Part shown: piece by piece, positions 1 through 11,979 of the stretch
Layout: every line of letters starts with the position of its first letter
Numbering within the stretch: position 1 is the first letter of the stretch
Assembly: GCF_054902955.1 (NCBI RefSeq)
Contig: NZ_CM142794.1
Direction: 5' to 3' (one strand)
DNA: 24,000 nucleotides
Translations under genes and position numbers: made by a program
The notes under the pieces: generated by a model
Seen by the model: the letters and a program-made list of their open reading frames with translations, nothing else
Databases searched by the model: none
What the model was told of the DNA's origin: nothing

Positions 1-623
1 CGTTCTACCAGCCTGCTTCAGTGGTGGTGGATCTCGACTGTCTGAAAACGCTTCCCCCGCGTGAGTTAGCGTCGGGGCTGGCAGAAGTCATCAAATACGG
101 CATTATTCTTGACGGTGCGTTTTTTAACTGGCTGGAAGAGAATCTGGATGCGTTGTTGCGTCTGGACGGTCCGGCAATGGCGTACTGTATTCGCCGTTGT
201 TGTGAACTGAAGGCAGAAGTTGTCGCCGCCGACGAGCGCGAAACCGGGTTACGTGCTTTACTGAATCTGGGACACACCTTTGGTCATGCCATTGAAGCTG
301 AAATGGGGTATGGCAATTGGTTACATGGTGAAGCGGTCGCTGCGGGTATGGTGATGGCGGCGCGGACGTCGGAACGTCTCGGGCAGTTTAGTTCTGCCGA
401 AACGCAGCGTATTATAACCCTGCTCAAGCGGGCTGGGTTACCGGTCAATGGGCCGCGCGAAATGTCCGCGCAGGCGTATTTACCGCATATGCTGCGTGAC
501 AAGAAAGTCCTTGCGGGAGAGATACGCTTAATTCTTCCGTTGGCAATTGGTAAGAGTGAAGTTCGCAGCGGCGTTTCGCACGAGCTTGTTCTTAACGCCA
601 TTGCCGATTGTCAATCAGCGTAA
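1..623 (+). CDS. aroB: 3-dehydroquinate synthase, C-terminal part (5' truncated by window edge)
   Basis: Open frame from the window start ([33 protein letters not shown]...[12 protein letters not shown]) with AroB motifs; upstream of damX as in E. coli. Confidence 0.96.
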   Translation, partial: FYQPASVVVDLDCLKTLPPRELASGLAEVIKYGIILDGAFFNWLEENLDALLRLDGPAMAYCIRRCCELKAEVVAADERETGLRALLNLGHTFGHAIEAEMGYGNWLHGEAVAAGMVMAARTSERLGQFSSAETQRIITLLKRAGLPVNGPREMSAQAYLPHMLRDKKVLAGEIRLILPLAIGKSEVRSGVSHELVLNAIADCQSA

Positions 624-714
624 CAACAAGAAAGGTCAGGCCGCTTATCAAGCGGTCTATTAGCTTCAGGTTAATTGCAACGTGGTAAGCATTAACCTTT
701 TAGTGGGGTGTTAA

Positions 715-2001
715 ATGGATGAATTCAAACCAGAAGACGAGCTGAAACCCGATCCCAGCGATCGTCGTACTGGTCGTTCTCGTCAATCTTCTGAACGTTC
801 TGAGCGTACTGAACGTGGCGAACCGCAGATCAATTTTGATGATATTGAACTTGATGACACTGACGATCGCCGTCCGACTCGTGCGCAAAAAGAGCGTAAT
901 GAGGAACCGGAAATCGAAGCAGAAATTGACGAATCCGAAGATGAAACCGTGGATGAAGAGCGCGTAGAGCGTCGTCCGCGTAAGCGCAAAAAAGCAGCCA
1001 GTAAACCCGCTTCTCGTCAGTATATGATGATGGGCGTCGGCATTCTGGTTCTACTGCTGTTGATCATCGGTATCGGTTCTGCGCTAAAAGCCCCCTCGAC
1101 CTCTTCCAGCGATCAAACCGCGTCTGGCGAGAAGAGTATTGATCTTGCTGGCAATGCGACCGATCAGGCCAATGGCGTGCAGCCAGCGCCGGGAACCACG
1201 TCTGCGGAAAATACTCAGCAGGATGTTTCTCTGCCGCCGATCTCTTCTACGCCGACTCAAGGGCAAACCCCGGCGGCAACGGATGGTCAACAACGTGTTG
1301 AAGTGCAGGGTGACCTGAACAATGCGCTGACCCAGCCACAAAATCAGCAACAGTTGAACAATGTGGCGGTCAATTCCACATTGCCGACCGAACCCGCGAC
1401 TGTCGCGCCTGTTCGCAATGGCAATGCATCCCGTGAAACGGCGAAAACGCAAACCGCTGAACGTCCGGCCACTACGCGTCCAGCTCGCCAGCAGGTAGTG
1501 ATTGAACCGAAAAAACCGCAAGCAACCGTGAAAACGGAGCCGAAGCCGGTAGCACAGACGCCGAAGCGTACTGAACCAGCTGCCCCTGTGGCGAGCACGA
1601 AGGCACCGGCTGCGACTTCTACGCCAGCAACAAAAGAGACGGCGACTACGGCTCCAGTACAGACGGCATCCCCGGCGCAAACCACGGCAACACCAGCCGC
1701 TGGAGGGAAGACCGCAGGTAATGTTGGTTCGTTGAAATCGGCACCGTCCAGCCATTACACTCTGCAGCTGAGCAGTTCCTCTAACTACGACAACCTGAAC
1801 GGTTGGGCGAAGAAAGAGAATCTGAAAAACTACGTTGTCTATGAAACGACGCGTAATGGTCAGCCGTGGTATGTCCTGGTTTCTGGCGTGTACGCTTCGA
1901 AAGAAGAGGCGAAAAAAGCGGTATCTACATTGCCAGCAGATGTTCAGGCCAAAAACCCGTGGGCGAAACCGCTGCGTCAGGTACAGGCCGATCTGAAGTA
2001 A
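715..2001 (+). CDS. damX: cell division protein DamX (SPOR domain)
   Basis: 428 aa; acidic N-terminus, single TM segment, Pro/Ala/Thr-rich linker, C-terminal SPOR domain ([24 protein letters not shown]...); syntenic with aroB and dam. Confidence 0.96.
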   Translation: MDEFKPEDELKPDPSDRRTGRSRQSSERSERTERGEPQINFDDIELDDTDDRRPTRAQKERNEEPEIEAEIDESEDETVDEERVERRPRKRKKAASKPASRQYMMMGVGILVLLLLIIGIGSALKAPSTSSSDQTASGEKSIDLAGNATDQANGVQPAPGTTSAENTQQDVSLPPISSTPTQGQTPAATDGQQRVEVQGDLNNALTQPQNQQQLNNVAVNSTLPTEPATVAPVRNGNASRETAKTQTAERPATTRPARQQVVIEPKKPQATVKTEPKPVAQTPKRTEPAAPVASTKAPAATSTPATKETATTAPVQTASPAQTTATPAAGGKTAGNVGSLKSAPSSHYTLQLSSSSNYDNLNGWAKKENLKNYVVYETTRNGQPWYVLVSGVYASKEEAKKAVSTLPADVQAKNPWAKPLRQVQADLK

Positions 2002-2011
2002 TCAAGGTTAT

Positions 2012-2039
2012 CTCCCGCAATGGTTTATCGTTGCGGGAG
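2012..2039 (+). other. perfect inverted repeat/hairpin between damX and dam
   Basis: CTCCCGCAA-tggtttatcg-TTGCGGGAG: 9-bp perfect arms, 10-nt loop, 11 nt after the damX stop; no clear T-run follows. Confidence 0.6.
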
Positions 2040-2107
2040 TTGCCTGAAGCGCTGGATGCTGTCGGAGCTTTCTCCACAGCCGGAGAAGGTGTAATTAGTT
2101 AGTCAGC

Positions 2108-2944
2108 ATGAAGAAAAATCGCGCTTTTTTGAAGTGGGCAGGGGGCAAGTATCCCCTGCTTGATGATATTAAACGGCATTTGCCCAAGGGCGAATGTCTG
2201 GTTGAGCCTTTTGTAGGTGCCGGGTCGGTGTTTCTCAACACCGACTTTTCTCGTTATATCCTTGCCGATATCAATAGCGACCTGATCAGTCTCTATAACA
2301 TTGTGAAGATGCGTACTGATGAGTACGTACAGGCCGCACGCGAGCTGTTTGTTCCCGAAACAAATTGCGCCGAGGTTTACTATCAGTTCCGCGAAGAGTT
2401 CAACAAAAGCCAGGATCCGTTCCGTCGGGCGGTACTGTTTTTATATTTGAACCGCTACGGTTACAACGGCCTGTGTCGTTACAATCTGCGCGGTGAGTTT
2501 AACGTGCCGTTTGGCCGCTACAAAAAACCCTATTTCCCGGAAGCAGAGTTGTATCACTTCGCTGAAAAAGCGCAGAATGCCTTTTTCTATTGTGAGTCTT
2601 ACGCCGATAGCATGGCGCGCGCAGATGATGCATCCGTCGTCTATTGCGATCCGCCTTATGCACCGCTGTCTGCGACCGCCAACTTTACGGCGTATCACAC
2701 AAACAGTTTTACGCTTGAACAACAAGCGCATCTGGCGGAGATCGCCGAAGGTCTGGTTGAGCGCCATATTCCTGTGCTGATCTCCAATCACGATACGATG
2801 TTAACGCGTGAGTGGTATCAGCGCGCAAAATTGCATGTCGTCAAAGTTCGACGCAGTATAAGCAGCAACGGCGGCACACGTAAAAAGGTGGACGAACTGC
2901 TGGCTTTGTACAAACCAGGAGTCGTTTCACCCGCGAAAAAATAA
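2108..2944 (+). CDS. dam: DNA adenine methyltransferase (GATC)
   Basis: 278 aa; FxGxG-type motif ([15 protein letters not shown]) and DPPY motif ([11 protein letters not shown]); syntenic. Confidence 0.98.
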
Positions 2945-2961
2945 TTCTCAAGGAGAAGCGG

Positions 2962-3639
2962 ATGAAACAGTATTTGATTGCCCCCTCAATTCTGTCGGCT
3001 GATTTTGCCCGCCTGGGTGAAGATACCGCAAAAGCCCTGGCAGCTGGCGCTGATGTCGTGCATTTTGACGTCATGGATAACCACTATGTTCCCAATCTGA
3101 CGATTGGGCCAATGGTGCTGAAATCCTTGCGTAACTACGGCATTACCGCCCCTATCGACGTACACCTGATGGTGAAACCTGTCGATCGCATTGTGCCTGA
3201 TTTCGCTGCCGCTGGTGCCAGCATCATTACCTTTCATCCAGAAGCCTCCGAGCATGTTGACCGCACGCTGCAACTGATTAAAGAAAATGGCTGTAAAGCG
3301 GGACTGGTATTTAACCCGGCGACACCGCTGAGCTATCTGGATTACGTGATGGATAAGCTGGATGTGATCCTGCTGATGTCCGTCAATCCTGGTTTCGGCG
3401 GTCAGTCGTTCATTCCTCAAACACTGGATAAACTGCGCGAAGTACGTCGTCGTATCGACGAGTCTGGCTTTGACATTCGTCTGGAAGTAGACGGTGGCGT
3501 GAAGGTGAACAACATTGGCGAAATCGCTGCGGCGGGCGCGGATATGTTCGTCGCCGGTTCGGCAATCTTCGACCAGCCAGACTACAAAAAAGTCATTGAT
3601 GAAATGCGCAGTGAACTGGCAAAGGTAAGTCATGAATAA
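2962..3639 (+). CDS. rpe: ribulose-phosphate 3-epimerase
   Basis: 225 aa; [21 protein letters not shown]..., [30 protein letters not shown] motifs; syntenic. Confidence 0.98.
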   Translation: MKQYLIAPSILSADFARLGEDTAKALAAGADVVHFDVMDNHYVPNLTIGPMVLKSLRNYGITAPIDVHLMVKPVDRIVPDFAAAGASIITFHPEASEHVDRTLQLIKENGCKAGLVFNPATPLSYLDYVMDKLDVILLMSVNPGFGGQSFIPQTLDKLREVRRRIDESGFDIRLEVDGGVKVNNIGEIAAAGADMFVAGSAIFDQPDYKKVIDEMRSELAKVSHE

Positions 3640-4390
3640 GTTTGAAGATATTCGCGGCGTCGCTTTTGATCTTGATGGTACGCTGGTCGACAGTGCTCCC
3701 GGTCTTGCTGCTGCGGTAGATATGGCGCTGTATGCGCTGGAGTTGCCCGTCGCAGGTGAAGAACGCGTTATTACCTGGATTGGTAACGGCGCAGATGTTC
3801 TGATGGAGCGCGCATTGACCTGGGCGCGTCAGGAACGTGCGACTCAGCGTAAAACAATGGGTAAACCGCCCGTTGATGACGACATTCCGGCAGAAGAACA
3901 GGTACGTATTCTGCGTAAACTGTTCGATCGCTACTATGGCGAGGTTGCCGAAGAGGGGACGTTTTTGTTCCCGCACGCTGCCGATACGTTGGGCGCGTTG
4001 CAGGCTAAAGGCCTGCCGCTAGGCCTGGTCACCAACAAACCGACGCCGTTCGTCGCGCCGCTGCTCGAAGCCTTAGATATTGCCAAATACTTTAGCGTGG
4101 TTATCGGCGGCGATGATGTGCAAAACAAAAAACCTCATCCGGACCCGCTGTTACTGGTGGCTGAGCGGATGGGAATTGCCCCACAACAGATGCTGTTTGT
4201 CGGCGACTCACGCAATGATATTCAGGCGGCAAAAGCGGCAGGTTGCCCATCCGTTGGCTTAACCTACGGATATAACTACGGCGAGGCTATCGATCTCAGC
4301 CAGCCTGATGTAATTTATCAGTCTATAAATGACCTTCTGCCCGCATTAGGGCTTCCGCATAGCGAAAATCAGGAATCGAAAAATGACTAA
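3632..4390 (+). CDS. gph: phosphoglycolate phosphatase (HAD family)
   Basis: 252 aa; HAD motif [16 protein letters not shown] and [15 protein letters not shown]; overlaps the rpe 3' end by 8 nt. Confidence 0.97.
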   Translation: MNKFEDIRGVAFDLDGTLVDSAPGLAAAVDMALYALELPVAGEERVITWIGNGADVLMERALTWARQERATQRKTMGKPPVDDDIPAEEQVRILRKLFDRYYGEVAEEGTFLFPHAADTLGALQAKGLPLGLVTNKPTPFVAPLLEALDIAKYFSVVIGGDDVQNKKPHPDPLLLVAERMGIAPQQMLFVGDSRNDIQAAKAAGCPSVGLTYGYNYGEAIDLSQPDVIYQSINDLLPALGLPHSENQESKND

Positions 4391-5387
4391 GCCCATCGTT
4401 TTTAGTGGCGCACAGCCCTCAGGTGAATTGACCATTGGTAACTACATGGGTGCGCTGCGTCAGTGGGTAAACATGCAGGATGACTACCATTGCATTTACT
4501 GTATCGTTGACCAACACGCGATCACCGTGCGCCAGGATGCACAGAAGCTGCGTAAAGCGACGCTGGATACGCTGGCCTTGTATCTGGCTTGTGGTATCGA
4601 TCCTGAGAAAAGCACCATTTTTGTTCAGTCCCACGTACCAGAACATGCGCAGTTAGGCTGGGCACTGAACTGCTATACCTACTTCGGCGAACTGAGCCGC
4701 ATGACCCAGTTTAAAGATAAATCTGCGCGTTATGCCGAGAACATCAACGCTGGTCTGTTTGACTATCCGGTGCTGATGGCTGCGGACATCCTGCTGTATC
4801 AAACTAATCTGGTACCGGTGGGTGAAGACCAGAAACAGCACCTGGAACTGAGTCGCGATATCGCCCAGCGTTTCAACGCGCTGTATGGCGAGATCTTTAA
4901 GGTGCCGGAGCCGTTTATTCCGAAATCTGGCGCGCGCGTAATGTCGCTGCTGGAGCCGACCAAGAAGATGTCCAAGTCTGACGATAACCGCAATAACGTT
5001 ATCGGCCTGCTGGAAGATCCGAAATCGGTAGTGAAGAAAATCAAACGCGCGGTCACTGACTCCGACGAGCCGCCGGTAGTTCGCTACGATGTGCAGAACA
5101 AAGCGGGCGTTTCCAACCTGCTGGATATCCTTTCTGCGGTAACGGGCCAGAGCATCCCAGAACTGGAAAAACAGTTCGAAGGCAAGATGTATGGTCATCT
5201 GAAAGGTGAAGTGGCTGATGCCGTTTCCGGTATGCTGACTGAATTGCAGGAACGCTATCATCGTTTCCGCAACGATGAAGCCTTCCTGCAACAGGTGATG
5301 AAAGACGGCGCAGAAAAAGCCAGTGTACACGCTTCCCGTACGCTGAAAGCGGTGTACGAAGCGATTGGTTTTGTGGCGAAGCCGTAA
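4383..5387 (+). CDS. trpS: tryptophanyl-tRNA synthetase
   Basis: 334 aa; class I signatures ([22 protein letters not shown]); overlaps the gph 3' end by 8 nt. Confidence 0.98.
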   Translation: MTKPIVFSGAQPSGELTIGNYMGALRQWVNMQDDYHCIYCIVDQHAITVRQDAQKLRKATLDTLALYLACGIDPEKSTIFVQSHVPEHAQLGWALNCYTYFGELSRMTQFKDKSARYAENINAGLFDYPVLMAADILLYQTNLVPVGEDQKQHLELSRDIAQRFNALYGEIFKVPEPFIPKSGARVMSLLEPTKKMSKSDDNRNNVIGLLEDPKSVVKKIKRAVTDSDEPPVVRYDVQNKAGVSNLLDILSAVTGQSIPELEKQFEGKMYGHLKGEVADAVSGMLTELQERYHRFRNDEAFLQQVMKDGAEKASVHASRTLKAVYEAIGFVAKP

Positions 5388-5402
5388 TATCAAAACGCTC
5401 GG

Positions 5403-5440
5403 ACGGTCCCCTCGCCCCTTTGGGGAGAGGGTTAGGGTGA
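5403..5440 (+). repeat. GC-rich intergenic repeat/hairpin downstream of trpS
   Basis: acggtcccctcgcccctttggggagagggttagggtgagg; its first 25 nt (5403-5427) recur exactly at 13102-13126. Confidence 0.6.
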
Positions 5441-5513
5441 GGGGAGCAGGCAAGCGCCAGTGGGAATTACCCTTTGCTCGCATTGTCGAATAAATCACTT
5501 CGTCATCACTCTG

Positions 5514-5537
5514 AAACCGGGGAAACCCGGTTTTTTT
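5514..5537 (+). terminator. intrinsic terminator after trpS
   Basis: AAACCGGGGAAACCCGGTTTTTTTA: GC-rich stem CCGGG/CCCGG extended by AAA/TTT, followed by a T-run. Confidence 0.88.
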
Positions 5538-5655
5538 ATCCTCATTTGCAATAATCCGAAAAAATGTGAAGCGCCTCGCCGTTTCCACATCTCACAGTTG
5601 CCACTTATCTTCATTTTAATGAAGATATAAACATTCATTTTATTGAAAATATATT

Positions 5656-6561
5656 ATGCGTCGAACGTTTATCAAAAAAGAAGGCGTCGTTATCACGACG
5701 CTGGCCCGTTATTTGTTGGGTGAAAAATGCGGTAATAGGTTGAAAACCATAGATGAGCTGGCAACTGAATGCCGTTCATCGGTTGGCCTGACGCAGGCCG
5801 CGTTGAAAACGCTGGAATCAAGCGGAGCGATACGGATTGAACGCCGTGGGCGCAATGGCAGTTATCTGGTCGAGATGGATAACAAAGCATTGCTGAGTCA
5901 TGTGGATATCAACAACGTGGTATGTGCGATGCCTTTGCCCTATACCCGCTTGTACGAAGGTTTAGCGAGCGGGCTGAAAGCTCAGTTTGATGGCATTCCT
6001 TTTTACTATGCGCATATGCGCGGCGCGGATATTCGCGTGGAGTGTTTACTTAACGGCGTGTATGACATGGCGGTGGTTTCCCGACTGGCGGCGGAAAGTT
6101 ATCTCACGCAAAAAGGGTTATGCCTCGCGCTGGAGTTGGGGCCGCACACCTACGTTGGCGAGCACCAGTTGATTTGCCGTAAAGGCGAGTCCGCAAACGT
6201 GAAGCGCGTGGGGCTGGATAACCGTTCGGCGGATCAGAAAATCATGACCGATGTTTTTTTTGGCGGTAGTGATGTGGAACGAGTCGATCTCTCTTATCAC
6301 GAGAGTTTACAACGCATTGTTAAAGGCGATGTCGATGCGGTGATCTGGAACGTGGTGGCGGAAAACGAACTGACCATGCTGGGATTAGAGGCGACGCCGC
6401 TCACAGACGATCCGCGATTTTTACAGGCCACCGAAGCCGTGGTCCTGACGCGAGTCGATGATTACCCAATGCAACAACTGCTGCGTGCCGTTGTAGATAA
6501 ACACGCCCTGCTCGCCCATCAACAACGGGTAGTGAGTGGGGAACAGGAACCGAGTTATTAA
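5656..6561 (+). CDS. yhfZ: predicted DNA-binding regulator with C-terminal ligand-binding-like domain (YhfZ)
   Basis: 301 aa; N-terminal HTH-like region (KTIDELATECRSSVGLTQAALKTLESSGAIRIERRGRNGSY); first gene of the yhf operon. Confidence 0.9.
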   Translation: MRRTFIKKEGVVITTLARYLLGEKCGNRLKTIDELATECRSSVGLTQAALKTLESSGAIRIERRGRNGSYLVEMDNKALLSHVDINNVVCAMPLPYTRLYEGLASGLKAQFDGIPFYYAHMRGADIRVECLLNGVYDMAVVSRLAAESYLTQKGLCLALELGPHTYVGEHQLICRKGESANVKRVGLDNRSADQKIMTDVFFGGSDVERVDLSYHESLQRIVKGDVDAVIWNVVAENELTMLGLEATPLTDDPRFLQATEAVVLTRVDDYPMQQLLRAVVDKHALLAHQQRVVSGEQEPSY

Positions 6562-6577
6562 ACGAAAGGCATCTGAT

Positions 6578-6940
6578 ATGGAAACCAGACTCAACCTGCT
6601 TTGCGAGGCAGGCGTTATTGATAAGGACATCTGCAAAGGCATGATGCAGGTCGTCAACGTACTGGAAACAGAGTGCCATCTGCCGGTGCGCAGTGAGCAA
6701 GGAACGATGGCGATGACACATATGGCGAGTGCACTGATGCGCAGTCGCCGTGGTGAAGAAATAGAGCCGCTGGATAACGAATTGCTGGCAGAGCTGGCGC
6801 AATCCAGCCACTGGCAAGCCGTTGTGCAATTGCATCAGGTGTTGTTGAAGGAATTCGCACTGGAAGTTAACCCGTGTGAAGAAGGCTATTTGCTGGCCAA
6901 CCTTTATGGATTATGGATGGCTGCTAACGAAGAGGTTTGA
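6578..6940 (+). CDS. yhfY: PRD-domain-like protein YhfY
   Basis: METRLNLLCEAGVIDKDICKGMMQVVN... 120 aa; this start is preferred over the track start at 6536, which overlaps yhfZ. Confidence 0.88.
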   Translation: METRLNLLCEAGVIDKDICKGMMQVVNVLETECHLPVRSEQGTMAMTHMASALMRSRRGEEIEPLDNELLAELAQSSHWQAVVQLHQVLLKEFALEVNPCEEGYLLANLYGLWMAANEEV

Positions 6941-7023
6941 AGCTCCTGACAAATCCACGTCGCACAACCTAAATATTCAAAAAAATGAATATTTAATTCA
7001 AGGAACAGAAACGAGGCAACAAG

Positions 7024-8187
7024 ATGTTTGTAGAAGCATTGAAACGCCAGAACCCGGCGCTGATTTCCGCCGCACTAAGTTTGTGGCAGCAGGGCAAGAT
7101 CGCCCCGGACAGCTGGGTGATCGACGTGGATCAGGTACTGGAAAACGGTAAGCGACTGATTGAGACGGCGCGGCTTTACGGCATTGAACTGTATCTGATG
7201 ACCAAGCAGTTTGGCCGTAACCCATGGCTGGCGGAAAAATTGCTGGCATTAGGTTACAGCGGCATTGTGGCGGTGGATTACAAAGAGGCGCGAGTCATGC
7301 GCCGCGCTGGTTTGTCGGTGGCGCATCAGGGGCATCTGGTACAAATCCCTTGTCATCAGGTTGCTGACGCCGTTGAACAGGGCACCGACGTCATCACCGT
7401 GTTTACTCTCGACAAAGCGCGGGAAGTTTCTGCGGCAGCGGTGAAGGCCGGACGTGTGCAGTTTGTGCTGCTCAAAGTTTATAGCGACGATGATTTTCTT
7501 TATCCGGGGCAGGAGAGCGGTTTTGTACAGCATTCGCTGCACGAGGTGGTTGCTGAAATTAAGAAACTGCCGGGGCTGCATTTAGCCGGACTTACCCATT
7601 TCCCTTGCCTGCTTTGGGATGAGGCTGCCGGAAAAGTTTTGCCGACACCAAATCTTCACACGCTGATACAGGCACGGGATCAACTGGCGAAATCTGGTAT
7701 TGCACTTGAGCAACTGAACGCGCCTTCAGCGACCAGCTGCACTTCGCTGCCATTGCTGGCGGAATACGGTGTGACTCATGCCGAACCCGGTCATGCGCTG
7801 ACGGGCACTATTCCGGCAAACCAGCAGGGCGATCAGCCTGAACGTATCGCGATGCTCTGGTTAAGTGAAATCTCCCATCATTTCCGTGGCGACAGCTACT
7901 GCTACGGCGGCGGTTACTACCGTCGTGGTCATGCGCAACATGCGCTGGTGTTTACGCCAGAAAATCAAAAGATTACTGAAACCAATCTCAAAACTGTGGA
8001 TGACAGCAGTATCGACTACACCCTGCCGCTGGCAGGCGAGTATCCGGTGAGCAGTGCAGTGGTGCTCTGTTTCCGCACGCAGATTTTTGTCACCCGTAGC
8101 GATGTGGTGCTGGTGTCCGGTATTCACCGTGGCGAACCGAAAATCGTTGGTCGTTATGACAGTCTTGGAAACTCTCTGGGGGCGTAA
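7024..8187 (+). CDS. yhfX: alanine racemase N-domain/PLP-type protein YhfX
   Basis: 387 aa; PLP-barrel-like pattern ([28 protein letters not shown]); syntenic. Confidence 0.9.
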   Translation: MFVEALKRQNPALISAALSLWQQGKIAPDSWVIDVDQVLENGKRLIETARLYGIELYLMTKQFGRNPWLAEKLLALGYSGIVAVDYKEARVMRRAGLSVAHQGHLVQIPCHQVADAVEQGTDVITVFTLDKAREVSAAAVKAGRVQFVLLKVYSDDDFLYPGQESGFVQHSLHEVVAEIKKLPGLHLAGLTHFPCLLWDEAAGKVLPTPNLHTLIQARDQLAKSGIALEQLNAPSATSCTSLPLLAEYGVTHAEPGHALTGTIPANQQGDQPERIAMLWLSEISHHFRGDSYCYGGGYYRRGHAQHALVFTPENQKITETNLKTVDDSSIDYTLPLAGEYPVSSAVVLCFRTQIFVTRSDVVLVSGIHRGEPKIVGRYDSLGNSLGA

Positions 8188-9413
8188 TGGCGCGATTTGT
8201 GGTGTTAGTGATCGATAGCTTTGGCGTAGGGGCAATGAAAGATGTCACGCTGGTGCGTCCGCAGGATGCCGGGGCGAATACCTGTGGTCACATCCTGAGC
8301 CAGTTGCCGCATTTGCAGCTACCAACGCTGGAGAAACTGGGGCTAATCAACGCATTGGGTTATGCGCCAGGCGATATGCAGCCGTCAGATTCCGCAACCT
8401 GGGGCGTGGCAGAGCTGCAACATGAAGGTGGCGATACCTTTATGGGGCATCAGGAAATTTTAGGCACGCGCCCGTTACCGCCGCTGCGGATGCCCTTTCG
8501 CGATGTGATTGACCGTGTTGAGCAGGCATTAGTTTCCGCTGGCTGGCAGGTGGAGCGCCGTGGCGATGATCTGCAATTTCTGTGGGTCAATCAGGCGGTT
8601 GCGATTGGCGATAATCTCGAGGCGGATTTAGGCCAGGTCTATAACATTACCGCCAATCTCTCTGTGATCTCTTTTGACGACGCAATCAAAATTGGTCGTA
8701 TCGTGCGTGAGCAGGTACAGGTCGGTCGGATCATTACATTTGGTGGCCTGTTAACCGACAGTCAACGCATTCTCGATGCCGCAGAAAGCAAAGAAGGGCG
8801 CTTTATTGGTATCAATGCGCCGCGTTCTGGCGCTTATGACAACGGTTTCCAGGTCGTGCATATGGGCTATGGCGTCGATGAAAAAGTGCAGGTGCCACAA
8901 AAACTGTATGAAGCAGGCGTGCCAACCGTGCTGGTGGGTAAGGTGGCAGATATCGTCAACAATCCTTATGGCGTGAGCTGGCAAAATCTGGTGGATAGCC
9001 AGCGGATTATGGATATCACCCTCGACGAATTTATCACCCATCAGACAGCGTTTATTTGCACCAACATTCAGGAAACCGACCTCGCTGGTCACGCAGAAGA
9101 CGTCGCACGTTATGCCGAACGTTTGCAGGTCGTTGACCGTAATCTTGCTCTCCTGGTTGAGGCGATGCAGCCAGATGACTGCCTGATCGTCATGGCTGAT
9201 CATGGTAACGACCCGACAATCGGTCACAGCCACCATACCCGCGAAGTGGTGCCAGTGCTGGTTTATCAGCAAGGCCTGGCTGCTACTCAGCTAGGTGTGC
9301 GCACCACGCTTTCAGATGTGGGGGCTACCGTGTGTGAATTTTTCCGTGCGCCACCGCCACAAAATGGTCGCTCTTTTCTTTCCTCCCTCCGGTTTGCAGG
9401 AGACACCCTATGA
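8187..9413 (+). CDS. yhfW: phosphopentomutase-like metalloenzyme YhfW
   Basis: 408 aa; [15 protein letters not shown]-terminal metal motif and [21 protein letters not shown]-terminal motif of the alkaline-phosphatase/phosphopentomutase superfamily. Confidence 0.92.
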   Translation: MARFVVLVIDSFGVGAMKDVTLVRPQDAGANTCGHILSQLPHLQLPTLEKLGLINALGYAPGDMQPSDSATWGVAELQHEGGDTFMGHQEILGTRPLPPLRMPFRDVIDRVEQALVSAGWQVERRGDDLQFLWVNQAVAIGDNLEADLGQVYNITANLSVISFDDAIKIGRIVREQVQVGRIITFGGLLTDSQRILDAAESKEGRFIGINAPRSGAYDNGFQVVHMGYGVDEKVQVPQKLYEAGVPTVLVGKVADIVNNPYGVSWQNLVDSQRIMDITLDEFITHQTAFICTNIQETDLAGHAEDVARYAERLQVVDRNLALLVEAMQPDDCLIVMADHGNDPTIGHSHHTREVVPVLVYQQGLAATQLGVRTTLSDVGATVCEFFRAPPPQNGRSFLSSLRFAGDTL

Positions 9414-10288
9414 GTTTTGATCCGACGGGTTACACCCTGGCCCATGAGCATCTGCATATTGATCTCTCCGGCTTTAAAAACAACGTGGACTGCCGCCTTG
9501 ATCAGTATGCGTTCATTTGCCAGGAGATGAACGACCTGATGACCCGGGGTGTACGTAATGTGATTGAGATGACCAACCGTTACATGGGGCGCAATGCGCA
9601 ATTTATGCTCGATGTAATGCGCGAAACCGGGATCAACGTGGTGGCCTGTACTGGTTATTACCAGGATGCGTTTTTCCCGGAACATGTGGTGACCCGCAGC
9701 GTGCAGGAACTGGCGCAGGAGATGGTCGATGAAATTGAACAGGGTATCGATGGCACGGAGCTGAAAGCCGGGATCATCGCGGAGATCGGCTCCAGCGAAG
9801 GAAAGATTACGCCGCTGGAAGAGAAGGTATTTATTGCCGCTGCGCTGGCGCATAACCAGACCGGACGCCCGATCTCCACGCATACGTCGTTCAGCACCAT
9901 GGGGCTGGAACAACTGGCTCTGTTGCAAGCCCACGGAGTTGATCTTTCGCGCGTCACCGTTGGTCACTGCGATCTGAAAGACAACCTCGACAACATTTTG
10001 AAGATGATCGATCTCGGCGCGTACGTGCAGTTCGACACCATTGGTAAGAACAGTTACTACCCGGACGAAAAGCGCATTGCGATGCTCCACGCGCTACGTG
10101 ACCGTGGGTTGCTGAACCGCGTCATGCTGTCGATGGATATTACGCGCCGCTCCCATTTAAAAGCCAATGGTGGTTATGGCTATGACTATTTATTGACCAC
10201 CTTTATTCCGCAATTGCGCCAGTCAGGATTCAGTCAGGCCGATGTGGATGTGATGTTACGTGAAAATCCCTCTCAATTTTTCCAATAA
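9410..10288 (+). CDS. php: phosphotriesterase homology protein (amidohydrolase superfamily)
   Basis: 292 aa; [35 protein letters not shown] metal-site motifs; ATGA overlap with yhfW. Confidence 0.94.
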   Translation: MSFDPTGYTLAHEHLHIDLSGFKNNVDCRLDQYAFICQEMNDLMTRGVRNVIEMTNRYMGRNAQFMLDVMRETGINVVACTGYYQDAFFPEHVVTRSVQELAQEMVDEIEQGIDGTELKAGIIAEIGSSEGKITPLEEKVFIAAALAHNQTGRPISTHTSFSTMGLEQLALLQAHGVDLSRVTVGHCDLKDNLDNILKMIDLGAYVQFDTIGKNSYYPDEKRIAMLHALRDRGLLNRVMLSMDITRRSHLKANGGYGYDYLLTTFIPQLRQSGFSQADVDVMLRENPSQFFQ

Positions 10289-10298
10289 GGACAGACTC

Positions 10299-10652
10299 AT
10301 GAAAAAGATTGGCGTTGCAGGCTTACAGCGTGAGCAGATTAAAAAAACTATTGAAGCGACGGCTCCTGGCTGTTTTGAAGTTTTCATTCACAACGACATG
10401 GAAGCGGCAATGAAGGTGAAATCCGGGCAACTGGATTATTACATCGGCGCGTGTAATACCGGTGCGGGCGCGGCATTGTCGATTGCCATCGCGGTGATTG
10501 GCTATAACAAAAGTTGCACCATTGCCAAACCAGGCATTAAAGCGAAAGACGAGCATATCGCCAAAATGATCGCCGAAGGAAAAGTGGCGTTTGGCCTTTC
10601 CGTTGAGCACGTCGAACACGCGATTCCGATGTTGATTAACCATCTGAAATAA
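10299..10652 (+). CDS. yhfU: conserved small protein YhfU
   Basis: MKKIGVAGLQREQIKKTIE... 117 aa; start chosen at 10299 rather than 10260 because it follows the php stop. Confidence 0.88.
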   Translation: MKKIGVAGLQREQIKKTIEATAPGCFEVFIHNDMEAAMKVKSGQLDYYIGACNTGAGAALSIAIAVIGYNKSCTIAKPGIKAKDEHIAKMIAEGKVAFGLSVEHVEHAIPMLINHLK

Positions 10653-10663
10653 AAGGCACGACT

Positions 10664-11968
10664 ATGGATCTGTATATTCAGATTATCGTGGTGGCGTGCC
10701 TGACGGGTATGACATCGCTTCTGGCGCATCGCTCGGCGGCTGTTTTTCATGACGGCATCCGCCCGATCCTGCCGCAACTGATTGAAGGCTATATGAACCG
10801 TCGCGAGGCGGGGAGTATCGCTTTTGGTCTGAGCATTGGTTTTGTGGCCTCGGTGGGGATCTCTTTTACCCTGAAAACCGGGCTGCTAAACGCATGGTTA
10901 CTCTTTCTTCCTACCGATATCCTCGGCGTACTGGCGATAAACAGCCTGATGGCGTTTGGTCTTGGCGCTATCTGGGGCGTGTTGATCCTTACTTGTCTGT
11001 TGCCAGTAAACCAGCTGCTGACCGCGCTGCCGGTGGATGTATTAGGTAGCCTCGGGGAATTAAGCTCGCCGGTGGTTTCTGCTTTTGCACTGTTCCCGCT
11101 GGTGGCGATTTTCTACCAGTTTGGCTGGAAGCAAAGTCTGGTCGCCGCCGTGGTTGTTCTGATGACCCGTGTGGTAGTCGTGCGCTATTTCCCACATCTT
11201 AACCCTGAATCCATCGAAATCTTTATTGGCATGGTGATGCTGCTGGGGATCGCGATAACTCACGATCTGCGTCATCGTGATGAAAATGACATCGATGCCA
11301 GCGGGCTTTCGGTGTTTGAAGAGCGCACGTCGCGGATTATCAAAAACTTACCCTATATCGCCATCGTGGGAGCATTGATTGCCGCCGTTGCCAGTATGAA
11401 GATTTTCGCCGGCAGTGAAGTGTCGATCTTCACTCTGGAGAAAGCGTACTCCGCAGGCGTAACGCCGGAACAATCGCAAACGCTGATCAACCAGGCTGCT
11501 CTGGCGGAGTTTATGCGCGGACTGGGTTTTGTGCCGTTGATTGCCACCACCGCGTTAGCCACCGGCGTATATGCAGTTGCGGGCTTTACCTTTGTTTATG
11601 CGGTGGGCTATCTCTCGCCGAATCCGATGGTTGCGGCGGTATTAGGCGCAGTGGTTATTTCGGCAGAAGTCCTGTTACTTCGTTCGATCGGCAAATGGCT
11701 GGGGCGCTATCCGTCGGTGCGTAATGCGTCGGATAACATCCGTAACGCCATGAATATGCTGATGGAAGTGGCGCTGCTGGTCGGTTCGATTTTCGCAGCA
11801 ATTAAGATGGCGGGTTATACCGGATTCTCTATCGCGGTTGCCATTTACTTCCTCAACGAATCCCTGGGCCGTCCGGTACAGAAAATGGCGGCACCGGTCG
11901 TGGCAGTAATGATCACCGGTATTCTGCTGAATGTTCTTTACTGGCTTGGCCTGTTCGTTCCGGCTTAA
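10664..11968 (+). CDS. yhfT: multi-pass inner membrane transport protein YhfT
   Basis: 434 aa with many hydrophobic segments; syntenic. Confidence 0.9.
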   Translation: MDLYIQIIVVACLTGMTSLLAHRSAAVFHDGIRPILPQLIEGYMNRREAGSIAFGLSIGFVASVGISFTLKTGLLNAWLLFLPTDILGVLAINSLMAFGLGAIWGVLILTCLLPVNQLLTALPVDVLGSLGELSSPVVSAFALFPLVAIFYQFGWKQSLVAAVVVLMTRVVVVRYFPHLNPESIEIFIGMVMLLGIAITHDLRHRDENDIDASGLSVFEERTSRIIKNLPYIAIVGALIAAVASMKIFAGSEVSIFTLEKAYSAGVTPEQSQTLINQAALAEFMRGLGFVPLIATTALATGVYAVAGFTFVYAVGYLSPNPMVAAVLGAVVISAEVLLLRSIGKWLGRYPSVRNASDNIRNAMNMLMEVALLVGSIFAAIKMAGYTGFSIAVAIYFLNESLGRPVQKMAAPVVAVMITGILLNVLYWLGLFVPA

Positions 11969-11979
11969 GGAAGGCACCT

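Noticed and set aside
1084-1755. 223-aa minus-strand ORF
   Set aside because: Fully antisense to damX; low-complexity Arg/Gly-rich translation caused by the biased Ala/Pro/Thr linker of DamX.
2986-3633. 215-aa minus-strand ORF
   Set aside because: Antisense to rpe, a confident housekeeping gene.
4653-5588. 311-aa minus-strand ORF
   Set aside because: Antisense to trpS and through its terminator region; trpS is unambiguous and the antisense product has no recognisable domain.
9287-10090. 267-aa minus-strand ORF
   Set aside because: Antisense to php/yhfW; reads as the mirrored reverse of strongly conserved enzymes.
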